From Takakia lepidozioides (Eukaryota; Plantae; Bryophyta): a stretch of 64,000 nucleotides of DNA. The position numbers and the translations under genes are program-made. Of this stretch, positions 53,101 to 64,000 are shown piece after piece; the first letter of the stretch is position 1, and each line of letters opens with the position of its first letter. The stretch is from contig CM060731.1 in assembly GCA_030704615.1 (NCBI GenBank), positions 49,600,001 through 49,664,000 on the forward strand, written 5' to 3'. Under the pieces are notes generated by a model that saw only the letters and a list, made by a program, of their open reading frames with translations, was not told the DNA's origin and made no database searches.

Positions 53101-53312
53101 TTTGTTTTCGCAATGTACTCAAGTCTGTGAGGTCCACAAAACACCAAATAGATTGAAGGAACAATCCAGGCAGTCCATGCAACCCCCATCTCTAACAATA
53201 GTTTGTAACCATGAATGTGAATTCCACGCACACATTGCAAACAGGACAACAAGGACACACAACCATCCCATTTCAAATTTGGCCCAGAATTAAACCAAAA
53301 GAAAACTTCATA

Positions 53313-56300
53313 TCAAGTGTCGCAGTCATCACAATCAGTGTCCACCTCCTGTGCTATGTCATCTACAAAGATTCTGGCCCCAACACCACATGTTCTACGA
53401 AGGCCGTCGTAAGGTGGACTCCGAGTGCCATGAACGGACATGCTTGCTGCGAGTGCCTCCGCATAGACAGGTAGCACGCAAGACCGAGGAGGACTGCAAA
53501 CAAGTCCAAATAGGTGTGATAGCCCTGGAGGGCAAGTGGAAGCACGCGGACTCCTGCACATGTCCACAAAACCCCATTTTTAACACAATGATGCAATGCA
53601 CAAGTCCAACAAAGAGGATGTCTCCCATGTGCACTTTGCCTCAAGAACAACGATTCTTGATATTGAAACAACAATGCAAGCATGCACAGGTTGAACTTAC
53701 TCATAGGCAAAGTCGGAGTCCAGCTCCTTGTCAGAAGTTTCCTCTGTATCAGTATCAGCGGGACGGGGCTTCGGAAGGACTTGAGAAGTGTGTCCACCCA
53801 AACCCATCAGGAGGTTCTTGTAAATCTCAGCATCCCCTTCAATCCCAAAGAGATGTCGCGCACTGGCCTTGCAAGCGTGGTAAAAAGCACCTGCAGTGGA
53901 ATAGAATGAATGAAGCAGACATTGAAGACACATTCAGAACGGTGGGAAGTGCTGAAAGTGCAAGCTCAATCAAACCTCATGAAATGTGAATGTTGAAGAG
54001 ACGAACCTGTGCCCATCGACAAATCCAGAACTCTGGCGTCTGTGTAGGTGCAGCACTCCACAATCGTTTGAATGAAAGCCGGGCTCCTCTCCCTCGCCCC
54101 TCTCCAAGGAACCCCATTCCCCCTTCGCAAGCACACGTTGCTGTCGACGTAGTTGTGATGCATGTCATCCGTGGGAGGATCTGTCCTGTCATCTATGCAC
54201 TTGGCCCCATGAGTGATGGCGAACTCGGTAATGCCGGTCGGAGTCGTTTGTGGATGCACCCGGACGAGACAAACAGCTTCAAACAGACGAGTCTGCGAAC
54301 ATGACATCCACAAGGAACTAAGAAGCAAAAAAAAATCGGGCCCCTACATATGAGTTCGAGCGACCTATACACCCCATCCGAGAACAACCAAGAAGAGGAA
54401 GAAGAAGGCAAACTCACCATCTCTCCCGGACAATCCCCCTTCGTAAGGTACATGCTGTTCACACAATTCCATGTCTTCACGACTCTCATGCCCGAGGCTT
54501 TCAAATAGCTGGAAAGTGCACGGCGACACCGAACGTCGATGGACTGGATGAGCACCAAAACACCTGCATCGGACAGGAAGAAGTTGCAAAAGGAGAAAAC
54601 CCACCGCCAGTAGCGCTCATCAAAAGCATTCCAACCCGGACAAGCACCCGATGGAGGGATATCCGGGACTGCCAACCCATCAGGGATGTCCAAGATGATG
54701 AGTTCGGCTGCATATGGCTTCTCCTTCCCGTTCACCCAGGATTTGGTCATTTTAGCCTGCAAACAAAAATACAATGGAATTCTCACAAGTTTAGAAACGA
54801 TCCATGCCCACAGCAGACAAAGACAACAGAAGCCACAGAACCCAAAGAGAACACGCACCGTGCTGAGGAACTCCACAATCCTGTCCCACACTGGTGATGG
54901 CTCGCCCTTGTAATCAGATTTCTTCGACTCCATCATGGCAAGGAACCCGACGTTGGCCATCTCCAACCTGGTTGGGCGAATGACCCTCGTGGGATGTTCC
55001 ACTGCATGGTACGGGTCCTTGGGATCAACCACCCCCTTGTTTTTTCTCCCGGATCCCCTACCATGCGGTGGAGTCTGCTGGACATGCTCCACAGGGCCAA
55101 TATCTGCAATACTTCCCTGCCCTTGTGCCACCTTCCCTCTACCCCTTCCCTTCCCCGCAACAACAGCAACATCTTTTCCCTTTGCCTTTCTTCCTCTACC
55201 TGGGGTATCCTGAGCGGGAGGCTCCTTCTCTATAAGAGTCCTCAAATTTCGTTCATGAATGTCGAGGTCGGCTGCTGCGGCAGTGGCTGCAATACGGTCA
55301 TTCTCTCTCCTCAAAGACACCTCTGGAGCTGGGGTCTCAGAAGGAGGGCAATCCAAATACCAACCACAAGAAGAAAGATGGTCTGGGCCCCAGTCATGCA
55401 AGATCCCAGTAGTAAATATGGTCTGGTTGCCAGCAGGGACAAGCCACAGGTCCACGAAATCTGGATGTTTGTCCAGGCAATTCTCTTCCAGGAGAACAAA
55501 CTTTATGTACCTGCAGCAACAGAGACAGCCTCATTTTACAATGGAAATATTGTGTGGCAATTTTCCATCACACCAGGAAGACCCCCTTCAATAGTATGCC
55601 ACACAACACATTGCAACCACAACACAAATAAGTAGTGCAAGAGTGTGCACCTGTAAAGGCATCGTTTCCAGGCTTCCTCTCCTTTTTCTTGCTGGTCCAG
55701 CTCATTTGTTCGACTGATGCCACCCTCCTTGCTGAACTCTCTAAAGAAACAAGAGTGCCACACTGTGGCTCTCCATTTCCTCATGTATGCTTCGAAGGAC
55801 ACCTTCGGTGCTATCATACTGATGCCATAGTCAGCCAGCTGAGTATGCAGAACCGATCTGGCCCTTTCTTCCAACTGCAAAACAATACAAATGCAAGAAT
55901 GAACCCAAAAGCAATCACAGCGAATGTAAGAGGCAATAGAAAGATAAGGACAGGAAAAGAGAAAAGACAGTGACACAGGGAAGGACATCACACCTGGCTC
56001 CAGTAAGTGGCCTTGTGAATCCAGGTGTCCAGCACATTGTCACTGACAGGAATGACACGCTGGGTCTTCTTCTCTTTCTCCGGCCTTGGGAACATGTGGG
56101 TATCCATAACTGTGGGATCGGAGTTCCATATCTGCAGCCACTTCACCTTTTGTTCTGGAGACACAACGGCGGTAGACAACCTGTGCAACTTCTCCTGGGC
56201 CATTTCTGGCTTGCCTGGCTTGTTATAATGGTTTTTTATCTCCAGGAGAAACTGCGGTCCGAATGATGGGTCGGCAATTCTCAACTGCTTCACGAAAGCA

Positions 56301-59270
56301 CTCATTATAGTCCTTCTTGTAGCGGTCATCTCTTTCTGGATGTGACTCTCAACCCCCTTTGCTGTCCTTTTCTCCTCAGGGGTAGAGCTGTAGTATTCCA
56401 GTTTGCCACGCTCCCCTACATCTGCAATGTCTTGCTGCAAGGGAATGCAAGAGAGTTGCATCAGCACAAGGTCAAGGGAAACAAACAGAATCAAACATGT
56501 GGAATATGGAAGACTAGATGAAGGAAGATGTATCTCACCGTGTACATGTACTCCATGAAAGCCTCACGGGTCAACGAGTACCACGTTTCCGATGTCTTGG
56601 AGCTTTCGCACTTCTTGTACATCTCCGCTGAAAGGATGGTCTTGAAGTTGGTCAAGGGCATCTGCCCGATCCTTTGTATCCTATACAGTGTGTGAACCAA
56701 ACTCGTTTTGACATGCGATGTCTCCGTTCCTCTGCAGAATGATATTTGTAAGTCAGAATGAAATTCAAGGTCTTCAATCAAAGAAGAACGGAACCACAAG
56801 TGAATGCCTGGGTGGAAGGTTTCTTGGAGAGAAGAAGTTCGAAGGATTCGTTCAGCTGTCTCCAAATGGGGTCCCAGGAGTCCACGATTGACTCATCCAC
56901 GAGGAGCTCATTACCTTTGGAATCCCTAGTAGAAACGTAAAAGACTGCGGATCCATCCAAATACCCATGAACAAACTCGGCCTCCAGCTTGAGAATGTCC
57001 TTGACGAGGGGTGGACGAACGACGGGCATGGAAACCAACCTACACAGGGGAATCTTCAACCTCCCACCCGGGGCAAGCATACTTTGCACCACAAGCTGAG
57101 AGTTTACCTTCTGACCCCCCATCATCTCAGCGGCTTTGCTTTCATAGAACTCATCGTCCACATCAACAATTATCTCCTTCTCCTGACCCGAAGGGACCTC
57201 ATCTGCCACACTTTGCATCTTCTCCTGTAGGGTTGTTCATTCAACTTGATATTAGAGAGGCATGAAACGTCGGCTGAGGCATGAAAAAGTGGGCTCAAAG
57301 AGTATGCGTTGACGCACACTATTTTAAGCTGCCAGGTAAGTGTACATTGACCCTCACAGACATGTCCTATGTTGCCGAATTCCACAGAAAAAGACAATGT
57401 AAAAGTGGGCTCAAACAGTGTGCGTTGACGCACACTGTTTCACTTGCCAGGTAAATGATCATTGAACATCTACTTGTGCCAGGTAAGTGTTCATTGTAAA
57501 CTCCAAGATATGCGGCCGATTTCGGATGAAAAAAGTGAAAAGGTGAGTTCGAACAGTGTGACATGTACAGCTCAAACAGTGTGCGTTGACGCACACTGTT
57601 TGAGTTGCTAGTGAGGGATTCTTCCATCCTCAGTAACCTGCCCTGGAAGTCCGAATTTAACTCGGAAAAAACAGTGACATGTACAGCTCAAACAGTGTGC
57701 GTTGACGCAAACTGTTTGAGCTGCCAGTGAGGGATTCTTTCATCCCCAGAAACGTGCCCTAAAGGTCGGATTTCAATCGGAAAAAACACTTACATGTTCA
57801 GCTCAAACAGTGTGCGCCAACGCACACTGTTTGAGCTGCCACTGAATGGTTATTTTATCATCATAAACCTGCCCTGGAAGTCCGAATTTAACACCAAAAA
57901 CACAGTGACATGTACAGCTCAAACAGTGTGCGTTGACGCACACTGTTTGAGCTGCCAGTGAGGGATTCTTTCATCCCCAGAAACGTGCCCTAAAAGTCGA
58001 ATTTCAATCGGAAAAAACACTTACTTGTTCAGCTCAAACAGTGTGCGCCAACGCACACTGTTTGAGCTGCCACTGAATGGTTATTTCATCTTGAAAAACC
58101 TGCCCTGGAAGTCCGTATTTAACTCGGAAAAAACACTTACATGTTCAGCTCAAACAGTGTGCGCCAACGCACACTGTTTGAACTACCACTGATGGTTATT
58201 TCATCTTGAAAAACCTGCCCTGGAAGTCCGTATTTAACTCGGAAAAAACACTTACATGTTCAGCTCAAACAGTGTGCGCCAACGCACACTGTTTGAGCTG
58301 CCACTGAATAGTTATTTCATCATCATAAACCTGCCCTGGAAGTCCGAATTTAACACCAAAAAAACAGTGACATGTACAGCTCAAACAGTGTGCGTTGACG
58401 CACACTGTTTGAGCTGCCAGTGAGGGATTCTTTCATCCTCAGAAACGTGCCCTAAATGCCGAATTTCAATCGGAGAAAACCGTGACATGTAGAGCTCAAA
58501 CAGTGTGCGCCAACGCACACTGTTTGAGCTGCCACTGAATGGTTATTTCATCATCATAAACCTGCCCTGGAAGTCCGAATTTAACACCAAAAAAACAGTG
58601 ACATGTACAGCTCAAACAGTGTGCGTTGACGCACACTGTTTGAGCTGCCAGTGAGGGATTCTTTCATCCTCAGAAACGTGCCCTAAAGGTCGAATTTCAA
58701 TCGGAAAATACACTTACATGTTCAGCTCAACTCACACTGATTGAGCTTGCAATTTGGGTGGTATTGAACCTGCTGTAGTGCCCAAGTTTGGGCGTTTCGC
58801 ACTTGAACAATCAAGCAAATTGGTAGGCCCAAACAGTGTGCGTTGCCGCACACTGTTTGAGCTTCCAGTTTGCGGTGCTTTCAGCCTGGTGCAGATGTCC
58901 TGTGTGGGCTATATTCATATCAGCAACGAAACACAAATGTGGGTCTTAAAGATTTCACCTTTTTCTTAGCTGCTCCAGAAGACTCCCCAATTGCCGGGGA
59001 CCCTTTGCGCTTCGGGCTGCTCTCTGCGCCGAGCGTGTACGTGAGCCTCTTCCCCTTCCTCTTTCCCACAGGGAGACTCCTCGTGAGGCCACCTTCAACA
59101 TCCTCTTCCATCTCGTCTGTCTCTCCCTCAAATGCAGTGTCCTCTTCATCTGTTCTTGGAACTATGGCGGGCTGCTGTTCTTCTGCTGATTCCTGCTCCT
59201 CCATCGCCACACTTTCCTCTACTCCCTCTTCTACCTCCTTTTCCTCTTCGTCCACTCTTTCCATCCTCAT
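53313..59270 (-). CDS. Multi-exon gene: acidic/basic leader + ParB/Srx-like domain + helical middle region + beta-class N6-adenine/N4-cytosine DNA methyltransferase-like domain; probably damaged by a deletion at the end of exon 2
   Basis: Predicted exons 59270-58959, 57224-~56800, 56731-56539, 56434-55994, 55874-55651, 55510-54859, 54756-54418, 54292-54007, 53890-53700, ~53554-53313; GT-AG and phase-compatible except exon2/3. Motif IV-like LIILDIPDG precedes motif I-like VLDLSMGTG-AFYHACKASARHLFGIEGD (beta order). Confidence 0.75.
57290..58866. repeat. Tandem array 1: about 14 units, core period 115-116 bp, each with palindrome CAGCTCAAACAGTGTGCG-N4-CGCACACTGTTTGAGCTG
   Basis: Palindromes start at about 57292, 57408, 57568, 57684, 57799, 57915, 58030, 58146, 58261, 58377, 58492, 58608, 58723 (partial), 58828. 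Confidence 0.95.
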
Positions 59271-60027
59271 TCTATCTCTGGCTCTATTCCTGTTTCTAGA
59301 GCTCGTGAAGTATAGTGACTTCCTTCTCTTCCTCCTCCGCTGGAAACAAGGGCTCCCCACGATGCCTCTAGAGCTCTCCAGTTTGACGTTTGTAACAAGT
59401 GCTGCTATGGCATGTAACCAAAATCGAAATTGACGTTGTCAACCATATTTGGATGCGGGTGTTGTTATTGTGTGCGAACGGAATTCATCCATTCCGTCGT
59501 CTCCGTATTATCCAAGTAATAAAGTGCTAGAAAAAAAGTACATCCGTTGCATGCATTAGCGATATATGTCAGATGTACTGCGCCGCCTGCCAATACACCG
59601 CGGCCTTCTTGCTTTCTTTCAAATTCGGATGTGCCGTAGAAATCTAATGCTAGTTCATTTTCGAGCAGTTCTTGCAGATCCGCAATAATTGTTATGCTTC
59701 ACATATGCATCCACGTGTGTTGTACTGCCTACCCTGTGGTTTGTATTTTACCGTAACCGTCGCCATGGGGTCATTCGGCATAAAGGGTTCTGTCGGATAC
59801 GACCATGTCTGGCACGCATTCGTGCGAGGTATCTTCTGCAGTGTCAGTGTTTGTGCTGTGCTCTTCTGGCACAGCACAACCTCATGACATTTGTGGTCTT
59901 TCTGTTTACTGTTCTCCAGGGTTGTTGCCGTCTTTTCATAATGGATGGTTCCATGTCGTTTTCAGTGTTTGTTTTCATCCATAAACAGCACGGCTTCTTG
60001 TAGTATTTGAAAACAGTTTTTCTGGTT

Positions 60028-60527
60028 NNNNNNNNNNNNNNNNNNNNNNNNNNNNNNNNNNNNNNNNNNNNNNNNNNNNNNNNNNNNNNNNNNNNNNNNN
60101 NNNNNNNNNNNNNNNNNNNNNNNNNNNNNNNNNNNNNNNNNNNNNNNNNNNNNNNNNNNNNNNNNNNNNNNNNNNNNNNNNNNNNNNNNNNNNNNNNNNN
60201 NNNNNNNNNNNNNNNNNNNNNNNNNNNNNNNNNNNNNNNNNNNNNNNNNNNNNNNNNNNNNNNNNNNNNNNNNNNNNNNNNNNNNNNNNNNNNNNNNNNN
60301 NNNNNNNNNNNNNNNNNNNNNNNNNNNNNNNNNNNNNNNNNNNNNNNNNNNNNNNNNNNNNNNNNNNNNNNNNNNNNNNNNNNNNNNNNNNNNNNNNNNN
60401 NNNNNNNNNNNNNNNNNNNNNNNNNNNNNNNNNNNNNNNNNNNNNNNNNNNNNNNNNNNNNNNNNNNNNNNNNNNNNNNNNNNNNNNNNNNNNNNNNNNN
60501 NNNNNNNNNNNNNNNNNNNNNNNNNNN
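60028..60527. other. Assembly gap (500 N)
   Basis: N run. Confidence 1.
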
Positions 60528-63200
60528 GTTTGGGCTGGCAGTGAAGGGTTCATTTCATCCTCAAACAGGTGCCCTCTGAGTCCAAATATTTTCACCCGAA
60601 ACATAGAAATGTTCAGCTCAAACAGTGTGCGTTGCCGCACACTGTCTGAGCTGGCAGTGAGGGTTCATTTTCATTTCACCCTCACTAACAGACAGCAAGA
60701 CCAAATTTGCACCCTGAAAACATTGAAATGGTCTGCTCAAACAGTGTGCGTTGCCGCACACTGTTTGGGCTGGTTGTGAAGGGTTCATTTCAACCTCAGA
60801 TAACAGACAGTAAAGTCCAAATTTTGCAACCCTAAAACATTGAAATGGGTCGGCTCAACATGTGCGTTGCCGCACACTGTTTGAGGTGGATGTGAAGGGT
60901 TCATGTCAACCTCAGATAACAGTCCCTGAAGTCCAAATTTGCACCCAGAAACATTGAAATGCTCAGCTCAACAGTGTGCGTTGCCGCACACTATTTGGGC
61001 TGACAGTGAAGGGTTCATTTCATCCTCAAACAGGTGCCCCTGATTTCCCAATTTTGCACCCTGAAACATTGAAATGTACAGCTCAAACAGTGTGCGTTGC
61101 CGCACACTGTCTGAGCTGGCAGTGAATGGTTCATTTCAACCTCACATAACAGACACCAAGACCAAATTTTGCACCCTGACATAGAAATGTTCAGCTCAAA
61201 CAGTGTGCGTTGCCGCACACTGTCTGAGCTGGCAGTGAAGGGTTCATTTCAACCTCACATACCAGACACACCAAGACCAAATTTTGCAACCCTGAAACAT
61301 TGAAATGTACAGCTCAAACAGTGTGCGTTGCCGCACACTGTCTGAGCTGGCAGTGAAGGGTTCATTTCAACCTCACCTAACAGACACCAAGACCAAATTT
61401 TTGCACCCTGAAACATTGAAATGTTCAGCTCAAACAGTGTGCGTTGCCGCACACTGTTTGAGCTGGCAGTCAAGGGTTCATTTCAACCTAAGGTAACAAA
61501 CAGTAAAGACACCAATGTTTTACCCTAAAACATTGAAATGGTCTGAACAAAAACAGTGTGCGTTGCCGCACTGTTTGAGCTGGTTGTGAAGGGTTCATTT
61601 CACCTAAGATAACAGACAGTAAAGACCAAATTTTGCACCCTAAAACATTGAAATGTCTGCTCAAACAGTGTGCGTTTGCGCACACTGTTTTGAGGCTGGT
61701 TGTGAAGGGTTCATTTCAACCTCAGATAACAGACCCTGAAGTCCAAATTTTGCACCCAGAAACATTGAAATGTTCAGCTCAAACAGTGTGCGTTGCCGCA
61801 CACTGTTGAGCTGGCAGTGAAGGGTTCATTCCATCCTCAGAAAGGTACCATGAAGTCCAAATTTTGCACCCTTAAACATTGAAATGTTCAGCTCAAACAC
61901 TGTGCGTTGCCGCACACTGTTGGGCTGGCAGTGAAGGGTTCATTTCATCCTCAAACAGGTGCCCCAAGTTTAAATATTTCACCCTGAAACATTGAAAAGG
62001 TTCAGCTCAAACAGTGTGCGTTGCCGCACACTGTCTGAGCTGGCAGTGAAGGGTTCATTTCACCCTCACATAACAGACAGCAAGACCAAATTTTGCAACA
62101 CCTAAAAACATTGAAATGGTCTGCTCAAACAGTGTGCGTTGCCGCACACTGTTTGAGCTGGTTGTGAAGGTTCATTTCAACCTCAGATAACAACCCTGAA
62201 GTCCAAATTTTGCACCCAGAAACATTGAAATGTTCAGCTCAAACAGTGTGCGTTGCCGCACACTGTTTGAGCTGGCAGTGCAGGGTTCATTTCATCCTCA
62301 GAAAGGTACCCATGAAGTCCAAATTTGCACCCTTAAACATTGAAATGTTCAGCTCAAACAGTGTGCGTTGCCGCACACTGTTTGGGCTGGCAGTGAAGGT
62401 TCATCATTTCATCTCTCAAATAGGTGCCCCTGAAGTCCAAATATTTGCACCCTGAAACATTAAATGTTCAGCTCAAACAGTGTGCGTTGCCGCACACTGT
62501 CTGAGCTGGCAGTGAAGGGTTCATTTCACCTCACATAACAGACATCAGACCAAATTTTGCACCCTGAAACATTGAAATGGTCTGCTCAAACAGTGTGCGT
62601 TGCCGCACACTGTTTGAGCTGGTTGTGAAGGGTTCATTTCAACCTCAGATAACAGACAGTAAAGACCAATTTTTGCACCCTAAAACATTGAAATGGTCTG
62701 CTCAAACAGTGTGCGTTGCCGCACACTGTTTGAGCTGGTTGTGAAGGGTTTATTTCAACCTAAGTTAACAGACAGTAAAGACCAAATTTTGCACCCTAAA
62801 ACATTGAAATGTCTGCTCAAACAGTGTGCGTTGCCGCACAGTGTTTGTGCTGCTTGTGCAGGGTTCATTTCAACCTCGGATAACAGACCCTGAAGTCCAA
62901 ATTTTGAACCCAAAAACATTGAAATTTTCAGCTCAAACAGTGTGCGTTGCCGCACACTGTTTGGCTGGCAGTGCAAGGTTCATTCCATCCTCAGAAAGGT
63001 ACCCATGAAGTCCAAATTTTGCACCCTTAAACATTGAAATGTTCAGCTCAAACAGTGTGCGTTGCCGCACACTGTTTGAGCTGGCAGTGCAGGGTTCATT
63101 TCATCCTCAGAAAGGTGTCGTTGAGGGAAGAATTTTGCATCCTTAAACAGTGACATGTGCAGCTCAAACAGTGTGCGGCAACGCACACTGTTTGAGCTGC
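60528..63200. repeat. Tandem array 2: about 24 units of ~113-120 bp with the same palindrome (loop TTGC)
   Basis: Direct read; runs into the gap on the left. Confidence 0.95.
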
Positions 63201-63279
63201 CGCTGAATGGTTCTTTCTTTCTCAAATACCTGCCATTGAAAGCCGAATTCTTCACAAATGTGGGTCCTGTAGATTTTAC

Positions 63280-63590
63280 CTTTTTCGTAGCTACTCGAGA
63301 AGACTCCCCAGTTGCCGGGGACCCTTTCCACTTCGGGCTGCTCTCTTCGCCGACTATGTAGGTGAGCCTCTCCCCCTTCCTCTTTCCCGTGGTCAGATCC
63401 TTCGTGAGGCAAGTGTCAACATCTTCCTCCATGTCGTCTGTCTCTCCCTCAGACGCAGTGTCCTCCTCGCCTGTTCCTGGAACTATGGTGGGTTGTTGTT
63501 CTTCTCCAGATTCCTGCTCCTCCATCGCCACACTTTCGTGTATTCCCCTTCTTCCTCCTTTTCCTCTTCCTCCACTCTTTCCATCCTCAT
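63280..63590 (-). pseudogene. Duplicate of exon 1 of the ParB-like/MTase gene (frameshifted near 63545)
   Basis: MRMERVEEEEKEEE...AMEEQES..QQP.IVP.T.EEDTA.EGETD.MEEDV...GKRKG.RLTY; the AAG|GT donor is conserved; homology to 58935-59680 continues to the window end. Confidence 0.8.
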
Positions 63591-64000
63591 TCTATATCTA
63601 GCTCTATTCCTGTTTCTAGAACTCGTGAAGTATAATGACTTCCTTCTCTTTCTCGAAACAAGGGCTCCCCACGATGCCCCTGGAGCTCTCCAGTTTGACG
63701 TTTGCAACAAGTGCTGGTATCGCATGTAACAAAAATAAAAATGGACGTTGTCAACCGTATTTGGATGCGGGTGTTGATATTGTGTGCGAACGGAATTCAT
63801 CCATTTTGGCGTCTTTGTATTACCCAGCTAATAAAGCGCCGAAGAAAAAGAACATCCGTTGCATTCATTTGCGATATATGTCAGATGTACTTCGCCGCCT
63901 GCCAATACATGGCGGCCTCCTTGCCTTCTTTCAAATTCGAATGTGCCGTAGAAATGTAGTGCTTTTTCAATTCCGAGCAGTTCTTCCAGATTCGCAGTAA

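Noticed and set aside
57290-63200. CRISPR array (palindromic repeats at regular spacing)
   Set aside because: The linkers are ~76 bp and homologous to each other rather than unique spacers; there are no cas genes; the context is a eukaryotic intron.
60528-63200. Short ORFs such as MRQRTLFEL / SNSVRCRTLF
   Set aside because: Chance translations of the tandem repeat, with frequent indels.

Overview
Eukaryotic, retroelement-dense (heterochromatin-like) DNA. The element lineages and GT-AG introns suggest a non-seed land plant, probably a bryophyte (inference). Left 49 kb, nested Ty3/Gypsy LTR retrotransposons: (A) two copies of a non-chromovirus element (A1 minus, 1-9046; A2 plus, 21635-32532) with a tRNA-Arg-type PBS, an extra ORF upstream of gag and a very long in-frame extension after integrase; (B) two copies of a Gypsy element whose integrase ends in a PHD finger, where B1 (9047-16770) carries a cytosine-5 DNA methyltransferase between protease and RT and in B2 (minus, 39729-~49600) the DNMT-RT-RNaseH block is replaced by 4.9 kb of foreign cargo; (C, D) two decayed chromoviruses, plus LINE remnants. 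Right 11 kb, the most unusual system: a ~10-exon gene (minus, 59270-53313) encoding an acidic/basic leader, a ParB/Srx-like N-terminal domain and a C-terminal prokaryote-type beta-class amino (N6-adenine/N4-cytosine) DNA methyltransferase with an atypical D-x-P-D motif IV. Its first intron is an array of ~116-bp repeats, each carrying a 40-bp palindrome (18-bp arms around CG-N4-CG). Exon 1 plus array is duplicated at 60528-64000. A diverged paralog in the B2 cargo lies among its own 16-bp palindromes (TAGTCG-N4-CGACTA) with the same CG-N4-CG geometry, which suggests a ParB/parS-like methyltransferase-plus-cognate-site module on a large mobile element. Two 500-N gaps limit the view. All domain calls are by-eye motif recognition; no searches were run.
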